A stretch of DNA of 63,629 nt, filler included, from Octopus bimaculoides (lineage: Eukaryota): the NCBI RefSeq assembly GCF_001194135.2. It is 7 parts of 7 records of this genome, joined end to end, with 100 filler letters (N's around TTAATTAATTAA, not from the genome) between each part and the next. Parts side by side here need not be neighbours in the genome. Positions count along the whole stretch, not along the records: positions 41,309 to 51,203 come from NC_069001.1; positions 51,304 to 60,283 come from NC_068989.1; positions 60,384 to 62,410 come from NW_026370459.1; 4 more parts are not named here. One strand, 5' to 3'. How positions within the stretch are numbered: the first letter of the stretch is position 1; each line of letters begins with the position of its first letter. The position numbers were made by a program, and so were the translations under genes. Below the pieces are notes generated by a model, which was given only the letters and a program-made list of their open reading frames with translations, ran no database searches and had not been told where the DNA came from. This document shows, in pieces, positions 50,183-62,510 of the stretch.

Positions 50183-50248
50183 TCTGTCTATATATATAAC
50201 AATGAGAATGTGTGTCTGTCTGTCTGTCTGTCTCACTGTCTGTCTGCC

Positions 50249-50283
<35 letters not shown>

Positions 50284-50480
50284 GTGAATCCCTAAAACTC
50301 GAGAACTACACAACCAATTCCATTCAAATTTTACACATGCCTTATTTTCCTCCACTATTTAAGTATTACGTGTCAAAAGTGAAACAAAAACACTCATGTC
50401 AAATACTTTCACTTTAAAAATGAAACTATTCCACTAACTAAAACAATTACATTTCGATACTGTAATGACAGATACTTTCA
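50183..50480 (+). mobile_element. Putative non-autonomous Helitron (Lep1/HINE-like) 5' part with (GTCT)n
   Basis: A|TC start, tatatataacaatgagaatg, (TGTC)n, then aactacacaaccaatt..aaattttacac, the layout of microsatellite-bearing Helitron derivatives. No 3' CTAG end found. Confidence 0.5.
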
Positions 50481-51203
50481 CTTTAATGGTGTATATATAT
50501 GTATATATATATATATATCTAGAGAGAGAGAGAGAGAGAAAGAGAGAGAAAGAGAGATGTATATGTATACATATAGATGTATATGTACACGTATATGTAT
50601 AGGTATATATATAGATATAGATCTATATGCATACATGTATATGTATACATATGTGTAGATGTATATATATAGATGTACATGTAATATGTACACTTATATA
50701 CATATATATACATGCATACAGATATCTATACATATATACACGCATCACACACACACATACACATGCACACAAACACACACATTAGTCATTTGTTTTCTGA
50801 TCCAAAACTACGTAAAACGTACTGAATGGGTTCTTACGAAATTTGGAAATTATATTCTATGCATAACGGCCATAACCCTCATGTAAATTCATATATTTTT
50901 GATGTTGAGGAAATTTTAACCATACATATTACACACAAATAAAGTAATGTTTCTAAAATTTCTTCTTCTTAGAAGTTACAAAGGCCCCTTCATGGGGACT
51001 TCACACCCACAATTTAGTCATTTTTCCAAAGCAAAGACGAATACAGTTGTACCATTGGAAGCTATAGGGTCACCCGACCATAACAGATGAGCATTATTTG
51101 TAATTCAACGGTACAACAGTGTAAGACTATCCTTTCAGATATACTTACATTGTGATTTCTGCAATGTGGTGCATAAATTGTCAAGTAAATGAGACGCATC
51201 TTT

Positions 51204-51303
51204 NNNNNNNNNNNNNNNNNNNNNNNNNNNNNNNNNNNNNNNNNNNNTTAATTAATTAANNNNNNNNNNNNNNNNNNNNNNNNNNNNNNNNNNNNNNNNN
51301 NNN
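51204..51303. other. Synthetic assembly linker 4
   Basis: 44 N + TTAATTAATTAA (51248-51259) + 44 N. Confidence 0.95.
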
Positions 51304-51631
51304 AGACGAGAAAACACACAAGCCACATAGAGAACATTCTACTTCATCAGCTACCCCCGTTTTAACTCCGGTGTTTCGAAGAGCTGCGCAGGACGCATCG
51401 TTAAAACGGCTCTTCCCATGGACCGCAAATTAAATTTGTATACACAAATTAAATCTTGCCATGGAGGAATGTAGTGACGGACAAAAAACAAGACAGGAAA
51501 ACAAACAGAAAAGGCTTTACGGCCAAACGAGAAAAATTATGTGTGTATGAACAATAACCAAGGAAGAAAAGGATTATTGACCGGAAGCATGTGACCATGC
51601 CGGTGTAAGGGGAATAGAGAGAGTGAGAGAG

Positions 51632-51665
<34 letters not shown>

Positions 51666-52102
51666 TATATTATACACATATACATGCGTGTCTATGAGTA
51701 TGTGCGTGTGTGTATGTGTGTGTACATATATATGTGCACGGGGAGAGAAAAGGAAACAAAGACTGGAAGGAAGAGAGACTGGTATCAGTAGATGTCATAT
51801 TTAAAATAAATATGCATATTAAATCTCATTTGTGCATAGCAGCAGATGAGAAATCAAGGACAGATTTAGCGCCTATAAAACTTATCACAATACTTTTGCT
51901 CTTCGAACATTTAAATAAATAGGAACATTAAGATAAAGTTTCAAATGTGTACATCAAACATCATTTTCATAGATTATATTCTTCATCGGATAATGGATTA
52001 ACTACATGCTATCATATATACTTATATACTTACGTGTATGCGTGTTTGTATTGGTGTATGCATCTATATGTACGTTTATATGCATACATACATGCACACA
52101 AC

Positions 52103-52141
<39 letters not shown>

Positions 52142-52997
52142 ACACACTCACGCATACATTCACACACATATATTCACAGACATTAAGCAAAAACTCAAGT
52201 CCATATCTACTTAAAAGCTACACAGTGAGTTCATTATCAGAAAATATTATCGATTGATAATTTTTTTTGATATTTATAATATCTCCGTTTAAAAAAAAGC
52301 ATCCTTCGTTTTAAACATTATTATCAAATCTGAATCTAAAACATCGCAAACATTATGGTAGACATGTTTGAAACTACGCTTCGTCAAATAGAACCTGAAC
52401 GAGTTGGCTTGAGGAACGATCATTTTTAATTAATTATTCTGGAAAATATGATATAACATGATATAATATATAAATACACACACATATCTAGATAGACAGG
52501 CAGATAGATAGATAGATACACACATACGCATATATATACATACATAATTACATACATACCTACATGTATAAACACGCACATAAACATACATATATTTATC
52601 ATCCTTTGTTTCTCTCTCTGAATAAATATACAGCCATGTGGGCATCATATCTATGGATATACACCGTTGCATGGCACGATGCTGTGCGTTTTTGTCTCAG
52701 AGAAAAATCATTTAATACTTAGGTTGTGTTAAAACAATCGGGTGAAGAAAAGCGTTGATTCAGCAGCGACTTACATGATTCTTGGCTCGTTATTGCCTTA
52801 TTGAGGCCTGTCAATGAGATGTATCCGCTTGTCACGTGCCTACAGACAATTTGTGCGTTAGACTTATAGAAAACTGAGAATAATCCATTCATTGTTATTG
52901 CAGATTGCTTTTCGGGACGTAATAAATTCAAAAATAAAATCTATCTATCCATATCTCGCTCTCTCTCGCGCTCTCTCTCTCCCTCCCNNNNNNNNNN

Positions 52998-53032
<35 letters not shown>

Positions 53033-53654
53033 GTATATATATATATATATATATGATTGGCTGTCGACTCTTTAATCGAGTATGACTTTTCTCCACACCA
53101 CCACTGAAAGAGCACATTACAGATAGGTACAAAAACTAGTTAAACCAACAACACAACACCTTGCAGGTAATATGGACCTCAATATTTGCTGTTTAACATT
53201 TTAGGTCACACTAGTTGTGCGACCTAAAATGACTGCAGTCCACCAAGAGATTTCCAAATGTTTTCACACAGATGAGAAGAAAACGCTTGATTTCGCTGTA
53301 AAGACGGCAGGAAATTATTGGACATTTCATATGTCTTGTCCACCCAGATTTACGTCTGCATATCTAACTGAAAACAGAGCAAGCAAATTCATCAGTGTGT
53401 AATTAGGAAAAGTAAGTAGAAGGCATATATATCTGCATCCGCTAATGACTAATTAGTCCAACTTGCAGCTATCACAAGTTAAGAGAGTAAGATTATTGGC
53501 CACGAGCAAACCCTTTAGTGCCTCTCTCTCTCTCAATGAATATTTCTGCTTATTTTCTCTAAACAATGCATACCTTCTCGGATTTTCTCCTTCATTTTGC
53601 ATACTCCATTGTATCATTCACCCCTTTTAATTGCATCATATTGAAACTACTATT

Positions 53655-53885
53655 TCGTTAAATAATGAAACGCAATTTTGGTTTGCAATGTGGCCTCTTT
53701 GCTCCTTTTATTTGGCAATATAACAGCCTCCCGGGTATGCGTTGAAGAGGTTTCCTTATCAAATGCCCGGTCCAGCGACGTTTGTGTTGACGAATTTCAG
53801 TTTTAATGCCATCTATCCCAGCAGGCTCTAATACTTCAGAATCGGACACCTTGTGCACCCATTGATTTTCTGTAGAGAACACAAA
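53655..53885 (-). mobile_element. RTE/BovB-like ORF2 C-terminal fragment
   Basis: SDSEVLEPAGIDGI...RRWTGHLIRKPLQRIPGRLLYCQIKGAKRPHCKPKLRF. Confidence 0.75.
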
Positions 53886-54639
53886 CATGACTGAAGAAAT
53901 CGCTCAAATATGTTGGTTTGTTTCCTAACATCTCATGCGAGTAAAGAAGGGATGAAAGCACACAAGCCCTGCGCAATGTAAATTTTGTGTCTCAATACGG
54001 TTTACTATTCTATTTTGTTACCTAAAAGAGAAACAGGATTCAGCACGCTTCCAAGATATGTAAATGCACCTACAATATTCAGTTTTGTGCTTTGAAGAAA
54101 TATCTCAGTTTCTTAACATGAGTTGGAAGATAGTTGAAGCATGACAACTATTTTATCTACAATTATTGGTAGCCCAGATGCCATATAGAATTTAAGTGTA
54201 TGCATTTGGTGCTGCATATCTCTGATTAAATGAGTTATCGAGTCCACTCATCTGCATACAATAAACCTTTTATTAGACAAGTAAACGTCCTTGTTTTGCT
54301 AACAGCCTTCCTAAATTAAATAGTTTCTCGGTACACCTATAATGAATATATGCACCTTCACTGCAGAGATTATGCAAAGAATATCTCTCTTCTTCATTCC
54401 ACTTTCCACTTTGAAAGATTCTGTAAGCCCTCCAATGTTAACAAATGTATCCATGTCATTGTGAAATACCTTACCATGTTCATGAAATGTAATGGGCGGC
54501 CAGCGTTACTGTAAACCTCCCATAATGATGACCTATTCACTGTGTCAAAGGTCTTTGTTAAATCAACAAAATCTAGATTGAGTTCTTAACATTTTTCTAG
54601 CTCCAGTCGTGCAGAAGGTGCAGGAATATTAATGCAGTA

Positions 54640-55594
54640 TGTGTAGATCAGAAAATAAGTGTTAGCGAATGTCAACGGTGATTCCGGAAATTCAGAGTCG
54701 GAAGCTAGAAGATGAGCCTCATTCTGGAAAAATGTAAAGCTCGACGAGGACGCCCTGGGAACCATGGTGGAACGAAATCGCATCGTAAATGTTGACGAAC
54801 TAGCAGAGAAGTTGGATTTGGTTATTCAACAACTCATCGACTCATGCTTGGCATCGGAAAAGTCAAAACATTGGGTCATTGTGTTCCTCACAAATTTTCC
54901 GTATCTAATCGCGCGCAGCGACTTAGTGTACCATCATTTTTTGCCGTCAGGCTTCACGAATGAACCCTTTTTGGACCGACTGGTGACGAGAAGTAGGTTC
55001 CCTATAAAATGTCAAGCGCCGAAGACAGTGAGTAGAGAAAGGGGAAACACCCGGTATACCAGGCTCACGTAAGGTGTTGTTATTTATTTGGTGGGATATG
55101 AAAGATTTAGTTCAGTTTGAACCTTTCAAACCAAACGATAACAAAGGAGATCGACAGGAAGTCAGCGCTAGAAGAAAAACGGCCATCTTTGGCTTCAGAC
55201 GAAAGGTGTTCTTCCATCGGGATAATGCTTGGACAAATACAGCGAGGATGGCATTCCAAAGGTTTGAACAGTTTGAATGGGAATCGATGTGTAACTCAAC
55301 ATATTCACCGGACATTGCCCCATCTAATTGTCATTTATTCGGCAGTCTTCAAAATCATTTGGACGGAAAAAGTATGAATTCTGTAGATGAGGTTAGAACA
55401 GTAATGGAGGAGTATTTTTTGTCACGGATAAGTGAATTTTGGAAGAGCAGCTTTATAAGTCTACTAGATAGATGGAAGTGCATAGTTCAAAATGAAGGAG
55501 AGTATATTTTACATTAAAAAAGAATTTTATATGTCTTAATTTTTAAAGAATAAAAGAAATATGAAAACACCGCATCATTTATGAGATGACCTAA
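54640..55594 (+). mobile_element. Mariner transposon, 5'-truncated, right TIR intact
   Basis: LFIWWDMK, FHRDNA, YSPDIAPSNCHLFGSLQNHL, LLDRWKCIVQNEGEY. Right TIR cgcatcatttatgagatgacctaa + TA matches the left TIR at 14328. Confidence 0.88.
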
Positions 55595-55789
55595 TATATA
55601 CATATACATATTTATAGATCGATACATAAACAGATAGTTATGGACAGGCAGATTTAGTTGAACCTCGTGCCATAAAAAGATTTGAAAAAACTTACCCTAA
55701 ACATCTATAAGATATTCAAGTCACTACGATGTTTGAAAGTATTGTATCTTATACTATGTGCATTTAGTAAATGTGCCTGTTGATAAATC

Positions 55790-55820
55790 TCTATCCATCC
55801 ATCCATCCATCCATCCATCC

Positions 55821-55881
<61 letters not shown>

Positions 55882-55882
55882 A
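55790..55882. repeat. (ATCC)n(ATCT)n microsatellite
   Basis: Directly visible. Confidence 0.95.
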
Positions 55883-56317
55883 CGATTGATTGGTTGATGA
55901 TGTGATGACCTGTGGATATAGGTGNNNNNNNNNNNNNNNNNNNNNNNNNNNNNNNNNNNNNNNNNNNNNNNNNNNNNNNNNNNNNNNNNNNNNNNNNNNN
56001 NNNNNNNNNNNNNNNNNNNNNNNNNNNNNNNNNNNNNNNNNNNNNNNNNNNNNNNNNNNNNNNNNNNNNNNNNNNNNNNNNNNNNNNNNNNNNNNNNNNN
56101 NNNNNNNNNNNNNNNNNNNNNNNNNNNNNNNNNNNNNNNNNNNNNNNNNNNNNNNNNNNNNNNNNNNNNNNNNNNNNNNNNNNNNNNNNNNNNNNNNNNN
56201 NNNNNNNNNNNNNNNNNNNNNNNNNNNNNNNNNNNNNNNNNNNNNNNNNNNNNNNNNNNNNNNNNNNNNNNNNNNNNNNNNNNNATATATGTATGTATGT
56301 ATGTATATATATATATG

Positions 56318-56368
<51 letters not shown>

Positions 56369-56377
56369 GTATGTATT

Positions 56378-56550
56378 TGTGTCTTGCTGTGTTTGCATCC
56401 TCATAGCTTAGCAGTACCGCAAATGAGACCGGTAGGATAAGTACTAGGTCTACAAAGAATATGTCCTGGGGTCGATTTGTTCTACTTAAGGCGGTGCTCC
56501 AGCATGGCCGCCGTCATATGACTGAAACAAGTAAGAGAATAAAAGACTAT
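56378..56550 (+). mobile_element. tRNA-SINE 3' half
   Basis: gataagtactagg..gtcctggggtcgatttg..ggcggtgctccagcatggccg..tgactgaaacaagtaa. Confidence 0.8.
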
Positions 56551-57763
56551 AAGAATACATATCAATAAGTATAAGAGCTTGAAGCATTGTAGTACAGGAG
56601 TGAAAAAAAGGAGAGGGAAATGAGGAAAGCTTCCAATAACGCAAAAATGTTTATGAAACCTTCATATTTCATACCCAGAAGGAAGCAGTAAAAAAAATCT
56701 TTAGTTACATACACCTCTCAAACTGCTGGTCCAAGCAACTTTTAAACTGCTGCTAACCCAAATGCAGAGCAGCTTCAAATGAAATTTAAAATTCGAGGTA
56801 ACTAGACTTTTCTTAGACGGTTTCCTTCCGAGAATGGGCTTTGCGCCTGAAATATAAAGGCTTTTGTGCATGCCTGTGGATGTGCGCATATTCATTTATC
56901 ATCGTTTGTATTATATGTTGTAACAACATTTCTTAACTACATATTGATCTACTTCGTTAATTATTCTATTGTTCTTTCTGTAATCGCGGTCGTTAGTGAA
57001 TATGCATATACTTTACAATGTTGAATCATTCTAAGTACAGGCGTTCTTATATGTGTTTCAATATTATTGTTTCCCACATATTGCATAAAACAGAAAGGAC
57101 GAAATTTATATTCTCAATTTAGTAGGCAAATAAAAGGAAGTTAGAAAATATTAGCTTATATAAAAACGGATGTCTTAAAGATTAAATAAAGAACAGTCAT
57201 TTCAAAGTAACGCATGACATATTGACAGCATTTTGTAAAACGTGTGTTAAATAAAGAACAACGGACTACTTTGAACAATAGCATTCGGGAAGTGACATGG
57301 AAGGCTATGTATTTATTGTGCGCAACAGACTTGAAATTCAATACTGCACTTTATTTCACGATGCAAAATGAAAAATAAAGGAAGTATAAAATTTGTGGAG
57401 TTGTTCAGCAGTCGATTATAAAAAAACATGAAATACTAGTAAAATGTTTGAAGTATTAATACTTATATAAAAAAATAACTTCACAGCATAAATTTTTGTC
57501 GCCTTTGTCGACATTTCAAACGGTCTATGGTTTTGTTGTCTATATTGAAACGTTCAGATAGTTTTCAAGGCTGAATGAAAGACAAAAATATTTAATTATA
57601 TACAAAGATTGTTAATTAACTAAAAGTATTCTTAAGAAAAAATACCTAGTACAAATCTATAGTTAAATCCTTACATTCATTACAAATTATATACTTCCAT
57701 GAACTCATTGACTAATGATTGCATGACTATTATTTACAAAAATAATTTGGTATATTAATGACA

Positions 57764-58012
57764 CTAGCAGAAATACCGCCCTCCGGGCGGTTTTGTGCAG
57801 GTCACTCGATAATATTTCCACATTTGATTCCCAAATCTAATAATTTTTATGATGTTTTACATCTAATTATTTCTTTGTATAATAGTTCTCACTTGCTTAG
57901 TAAATATTGCTTTCATTATTTTATGAGTCATAATCTCTCTCCCTTAAAGAGTCAATCTATTATTTATATTTATCATTTATAATTGGTAGAACTTACACAG
58001 GTGTGCATAGAT
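57764..58012 (-). mobile_element. Non-autonomous Helitron with canonical 3' end
   Basis: Minus strand: hairpin ACCGCCC-GGA-GGGCGGT, 7 nt, then CTAG|T. The 5' end is uncertain and merges into (TCTA)n. Confidence 0.75.
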
Positions 58013-58019
58013 AGAAAGG

Positions 58020-58063
<44 letters not shown>

Positions 58064-59040
58064 AAGGCAGGTAGGTGGGCATGTTGGTAGATGGATGGAT
58101 GGAGGGTGGGATGGAGGGATGGAGGGATTTAGGGAGGGAGAGAAGGGGTAGGGAGATACACACACACTCACATACAAAAGTCTGGTGCTGTGAGAACACA
58201 TGAGAATGACTTTTTCAAATATACCCAAAGTTAAAATGAGATAATATAACGATATCTTTCATTCAACATGTGTTGAAATATGCTCGACACATTTGCACAT
58301 TCCCTTCTTTCCAACTACCTTGATCATCGGTTATCCTGAATGAATTGTGGGAGACAGCTTGTGTACAGTTTGTACATAATATTTGGCAAGCAATGAGCCT
58401 ATACTTTTCTGCCAACAAGGAAACCAACTCACTGGTTTTCTTTTTTGGCCATATGATTCTTCTGTGATATAAGAAATCAATTTGATACATTATTTTGACC
58501 TTCTGTGTTCTTGGTGAATAATTTTCTGTAAATTGCCTGCTTATTATACCAATACAAAACTATTAGGTCTCTTACATGTGCCTTTCCATAATACAGTTTG
58601 CCTATAGCTAAGGTGAAAGATTCTGGGTCAATCAGGTTTGTTTTACTGCCGATGATTATAGGCTTTTTCTTTTCATTCCCGATTTTTTACTAGAATGATT
58701 CAATGTCTTCTTGAGAGGGAAAATTTAATGTTCCTTTCAAGTTTTGTTTTCCATATAGCCTGCTTCCGTTTAGTAATTTTATTTCCATGTGTATTGTGGA
58801 TTTCTCCTAGGTGTTATTTAAGAGTGATAGCTGTTGCATGTTCGAGAGAATTAATATTCTAGTAGTTAGCACCATACGATAACTTAAATATTTTAGCAGT
58901 TTAATTTTCTCTTAAACATGTTGACAATGACTTGCTGCTCAGCGGTAGTTTCTAAACTGTAGAATTTTTTTTTTAACACACTGATGTTTCTGTGTTGAAT
59001 GTATTCATCTATGTTGACTCAAAATTTAGAGATACACGGT

Positions 59041-59253
59041 CAGTGCCGGATTTAGGACAAATGAGGCTCTATGCTACTTACGTTACGAGGCTCCTTATGT
59101 GGTTATAAAGGCATGCATGCTCAAGAAATTCATCCTAAAAATTTTGGTGGGTGAGGAGGAAGATGGGTCACTGGCCCTCGGTCAACGGGTCGCTATTCTT
59201 AAGCACACCTAAAAACAATGCCGGATTTACAATGCCGTGTAAATCCGGCATTG
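59041..59253. mobile_element. hAT-type MITE, 213 bp
   Basis: TIR CAGTGCCGGATTTA / TAAATCCGGCATTG (13/14). 8-bp TSD TACACGGT / TACACGGG (7/8). Confidence 0.85.
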
Positions 59254-59500
59254 TACACGGGAATTTAGTGTTAGCGTCAAAGCTATGTTTACATTATTTC
59301 TGATATCTCTTGTGGCAAATTTTCCACTAGTTCTAAGTAATTTGAGACAACCAATTATCATCACAAAATCTAGCACTTTTTTTAAAAGAATGATGATTGT
59401 TGCATGAAATATTACTTGCCCACTTTACACAGAATCTTTTGCTGTTCTTCTAAATTTGTTTAATTTAGTATGAAAATTTATTTGTCGTATTATGAAATTA

Positions 59501-59640
59501 TGGCGAAAGACAAGAATACGCACACCCGGTGTTTAGGGTTAGTCGTTAGAGGTTAGGGATAGGGTTAGGGTTTATGGTTTGGGTTAGGGATTGTGTTTCA
59601 CCGAAAACGAGTCGTGTACTTATTCTTTATCACCGCGGAA
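59501..59640. repeat. Short element containing degenerate TTAGGG repeats
   Basis: Six GGG tracts (59536-59589) between a 14-bp inverted repeat (59512-59525 and 59614-59627, 12/14). Confidence 0.7.
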
Positions 59641-59909
59641 ATTAATACCATAGAAATACGTCGAGGGCCGCACAACAAGTGGATGTAGGTGCTTAAAAAA
59701 AAAAAGTAAGTGGATCTCTTACTGCCGCGAGTCCCAAATGAACCTACTTCGCAGGAGGTGCAAATGAGGTATCTTATTCACTATCTTGTTCATTATCTTA
59801 TTCACCAAATTCCACGTATCTGAGGAGGGTCTGGATGATAAAAGTGTAGCAAAACGGCTGAAACTTATAAAGGAATAGAAGAATAGAAGAATATATATAT
59901 ACATATATA

Positions 59910-60283
59910 TATAAATATAGATATGCAGGGCAGGGAATCATCAATTAGTAATAAAATTAACAATTCTGCCGGGTAGCTCAGTATGAAAAAAACCTTCTTC
60001 GGTAAAAATTTATAATCATAAATATATAGGGATTGACAGTAACCTGCTTCTCCAACATACTGAGAATTCAGAAATAGCAGTCAAAGAACTACTGATTTCA
60101 AAACTACAAATTATTACTCCAGATTGATAGCGATATTTTTGATACACACAGAACAAAAAACAATAGAGAAGAGTAAAAAACACTTGCCTTTAGTTAATTT
60201 AGTACAATTGTTTCACAGTTAAGAGTACATAATACTCTATTCTGATCTTCAGCTAAATATTCTAATAAATTTGTTAATGTCTA
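59910..60283. repeat. Interspersed repeat (probably Penelope-like) truncated by the segment end
   Basis: The last 149 bp match 16836-16985. Confidence 0.65.
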
Positions 60284-60383
60284 NNNNNNNNNNNNNNNNN
60301 NNNNNNNNNNNNNNNNNNNNNNNNNNNTTAATTAATTAANNNNNNNNNNNNNNNNNNNNNNNNNNNNNNNNNNNNNNNNNNNN
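60284..60383. other. Synthetic assembly linker 5
   Basis: 44 N + TTAATTAATTAA (60328-60339) + 44 N. Confidence 0.95.
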
Positions 60384-60695
60384 TAATTTAAAGATATAAA
60401 AATGCTACATCAAACATATACACGTATATTCAACCAAACATGTATCCTTATTATGTTTTCCCTTCTATCTCTATTTTCCTATTTTCTCCTCTTCCTCTCT
60501 CTAGTTGAAATTTTTGCCTCTCTTTTTCTCTCACGCCATCTTCCTTCATTTTTATATATACATATTATATATTTATTTATCTTACCTTTTATTATTTTTA
60601 GTTTTTGTGGATCACATTTGCCCTTAATTTTTACTATCCCATTAATTTTTAAATTTTTTATTCAACTCATTTCAATTTTCCATTATTTTTAAATA

Positions 60696-61105
60696 TGTTG
60701 TGACCTTGCATCGCCCTGCCTGAAATTTGAAACCAAATCCACCTGATTGTTGCTCGTCAAAACGAGCGGGAAACCCTCTCCGCATCAGATGATTGAGACG
60801 CCTTAGGACCTGTGCTGGTCAAGGAAAGGACAGTGCGCTTTGTTTAGAAGCAACACTCTTTTTCGTGTCAGTAGACCAAGGAGCAACACGCTCTTCTGCG
60901 TCACTCATGAACAAGAGCTGCACTTTCCCTTCGTCCTTAGCTCGACGCACGAAGAGAAGCTTTCTTCTTTTCCAGTCAGCACCGTACATTCTTTACTCTT
61001 TCACTCTCTTCTGACAGCAACTTCTACACTATCAACTACTAACCAGTGAGCCAACCGTGTTGCCACTATCACTAGAATTGCTGCGGTGTCTTTAACTACC
61101 TGTCA
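60696..61105 (+). mobile_element. Possible solo LTR (GC/CpG-richer island)
   Basis: Starts TGTTGTGACC, candidate end TGTCA, internal repeat agcaacac.ctctt...gtca twice. No TSD found. Confidence 0.3.
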
Positions 61106-61529
61106 GGCAAACGAATATATACATATATATATTTCTTCTTTCTTGGTGTTGATTCTTCAATGTTCACTGGTTACTCCGACGCGAAAATCTTTAAGCCTTA
61201 CATCTATACGCTACATTCAATATTGCGCTACATCATATCGACGTGATATGGAATCTCACATTCAGCTCGCTACAAATACTTAAAGTTATCTTGTTATTCC
61301 GAATACTTGCGTCTGACAAACGGTTACGTTGAGTAACAGTTGGTAAAGATTTTTGCAGCCTCAATATAAAATTTTACTCTTCTTTTGGTATTAAAGTATA
61401 ATTTTCTCAACCTTGTTTTTGCACTTACCTGCTCACATGTGTAGTGTGTGTGTATAAATATATGCATAAATACATACACATACATATGTACATACATGCA
61501 TACATACTACATACATAACCTTAAATATA

Positions 61530-62400
61530 TGCCCAAAGAAATCGCACGACTCTACTGCATTGTATTACCAGATAAAAGGATGAGCGTTTATGAGCAGAAG
61601 ACCATGCATAGATCGGTTTGTAGAAAGCTACTAGATGATAGTAACATTGATCATCATCAAAAGAATCTGTTATGGACCAACAACCGGATTACTACTTCCC
61701 ACTTTGAAGGGTATGCGTTTGCAATCCAGGAACAGGAAATATCAACCAAATACCTGATGCATAAAAGGGACAGTGATGCAGGGAAAGCAGTAAAATATGA
61801 CAATCGATGCAGACTTTGTGGAGTTAACACCGAAGATATCACCCACATCATATCACCCACATCCGGAAATGTTATCATGATATTATCTACCGATGAGACA
61901 TGATGTTGTAGCTAGGACACTGTATAACGCATTCGTCGAAAAGATAACCCTGAGGACAAAGAAACAAGAACCCACAGTATGGTGGAAGACATAGCTACTC
62001 ATACTAAACAGGAGTACTGTTGGAATGTCCCAGTGAAAATCTCAATAAAATGTGAACACAATAGACTTGATATAATGATTTGGGATAGAGAAGTGAAACT
62101 GTGTACAGTTTTGGAAATCAACTGCCAGAGGATGTTAACATAAAGCTGAATATCAGTGAAAAAGAAAATTCCTACGCTGAACTAATGAGAAATCTGCAGT
62201 TACTCTATCCAGATTACAAATTCATGTTTATAGCTGTAATTATTGGGGCACTGGGATATGTAACATATTTCCCAAATAACAATCTTGAGAAATTAGGCTT
62301 CTCAAAACCAGAAAGGAGAAAGCTGATTCGAAGATTACAGATCCAAGCCATCAGAAATTGAAAAATCTGTAAAATTTTCCAGAAGTTTATCATTTAAGTA
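61530..62400 (+). mobile_element. R4/Dong-like non-LTR retrotransposon 3' part (CCHC + restriction-like endonuclease)
   Basis: FAIQEQEISTKY, CRLCGVNTEDITHIIS, RHDVVARTLY, HNRLDIMIWD..VLEI, EKENSYAEL, VIIGALG. Frameshifted. Confidence 0.85.
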
Positions 62401-62410
62401 TATATGAGCA

Positions 62411-62510
62411 NNNNNNNNNNNNNNNNNNNNNNNNNNNNNNNNNNNNNNNNNNNNTTAATTAATTAANNNNNNNNNNNNNNNNNNNNNNNNNNNNNNNNNN
62501 NNNNNNNNNN
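62411..62510. other. Synthetic assembly linker 6
   Basis: 44 N + TTAATTAATTAA (62455-62466) + 44 N. Confidence 0.95.

Noticed and set aside
58263-58335. SRCR- or Kunitz-like exon (ITDDQGSWKEGNVQMCRAYFNTC*)
   Set aside because: Cysteine spacing fits neither domain and there is no good donor before the stop.
59820-59863. Hammerhead-like CTGAGGA...GAAA in a Penelope-like end
   Set aside because: Stem II does not pair and no properly placed cleavage triplet follows.
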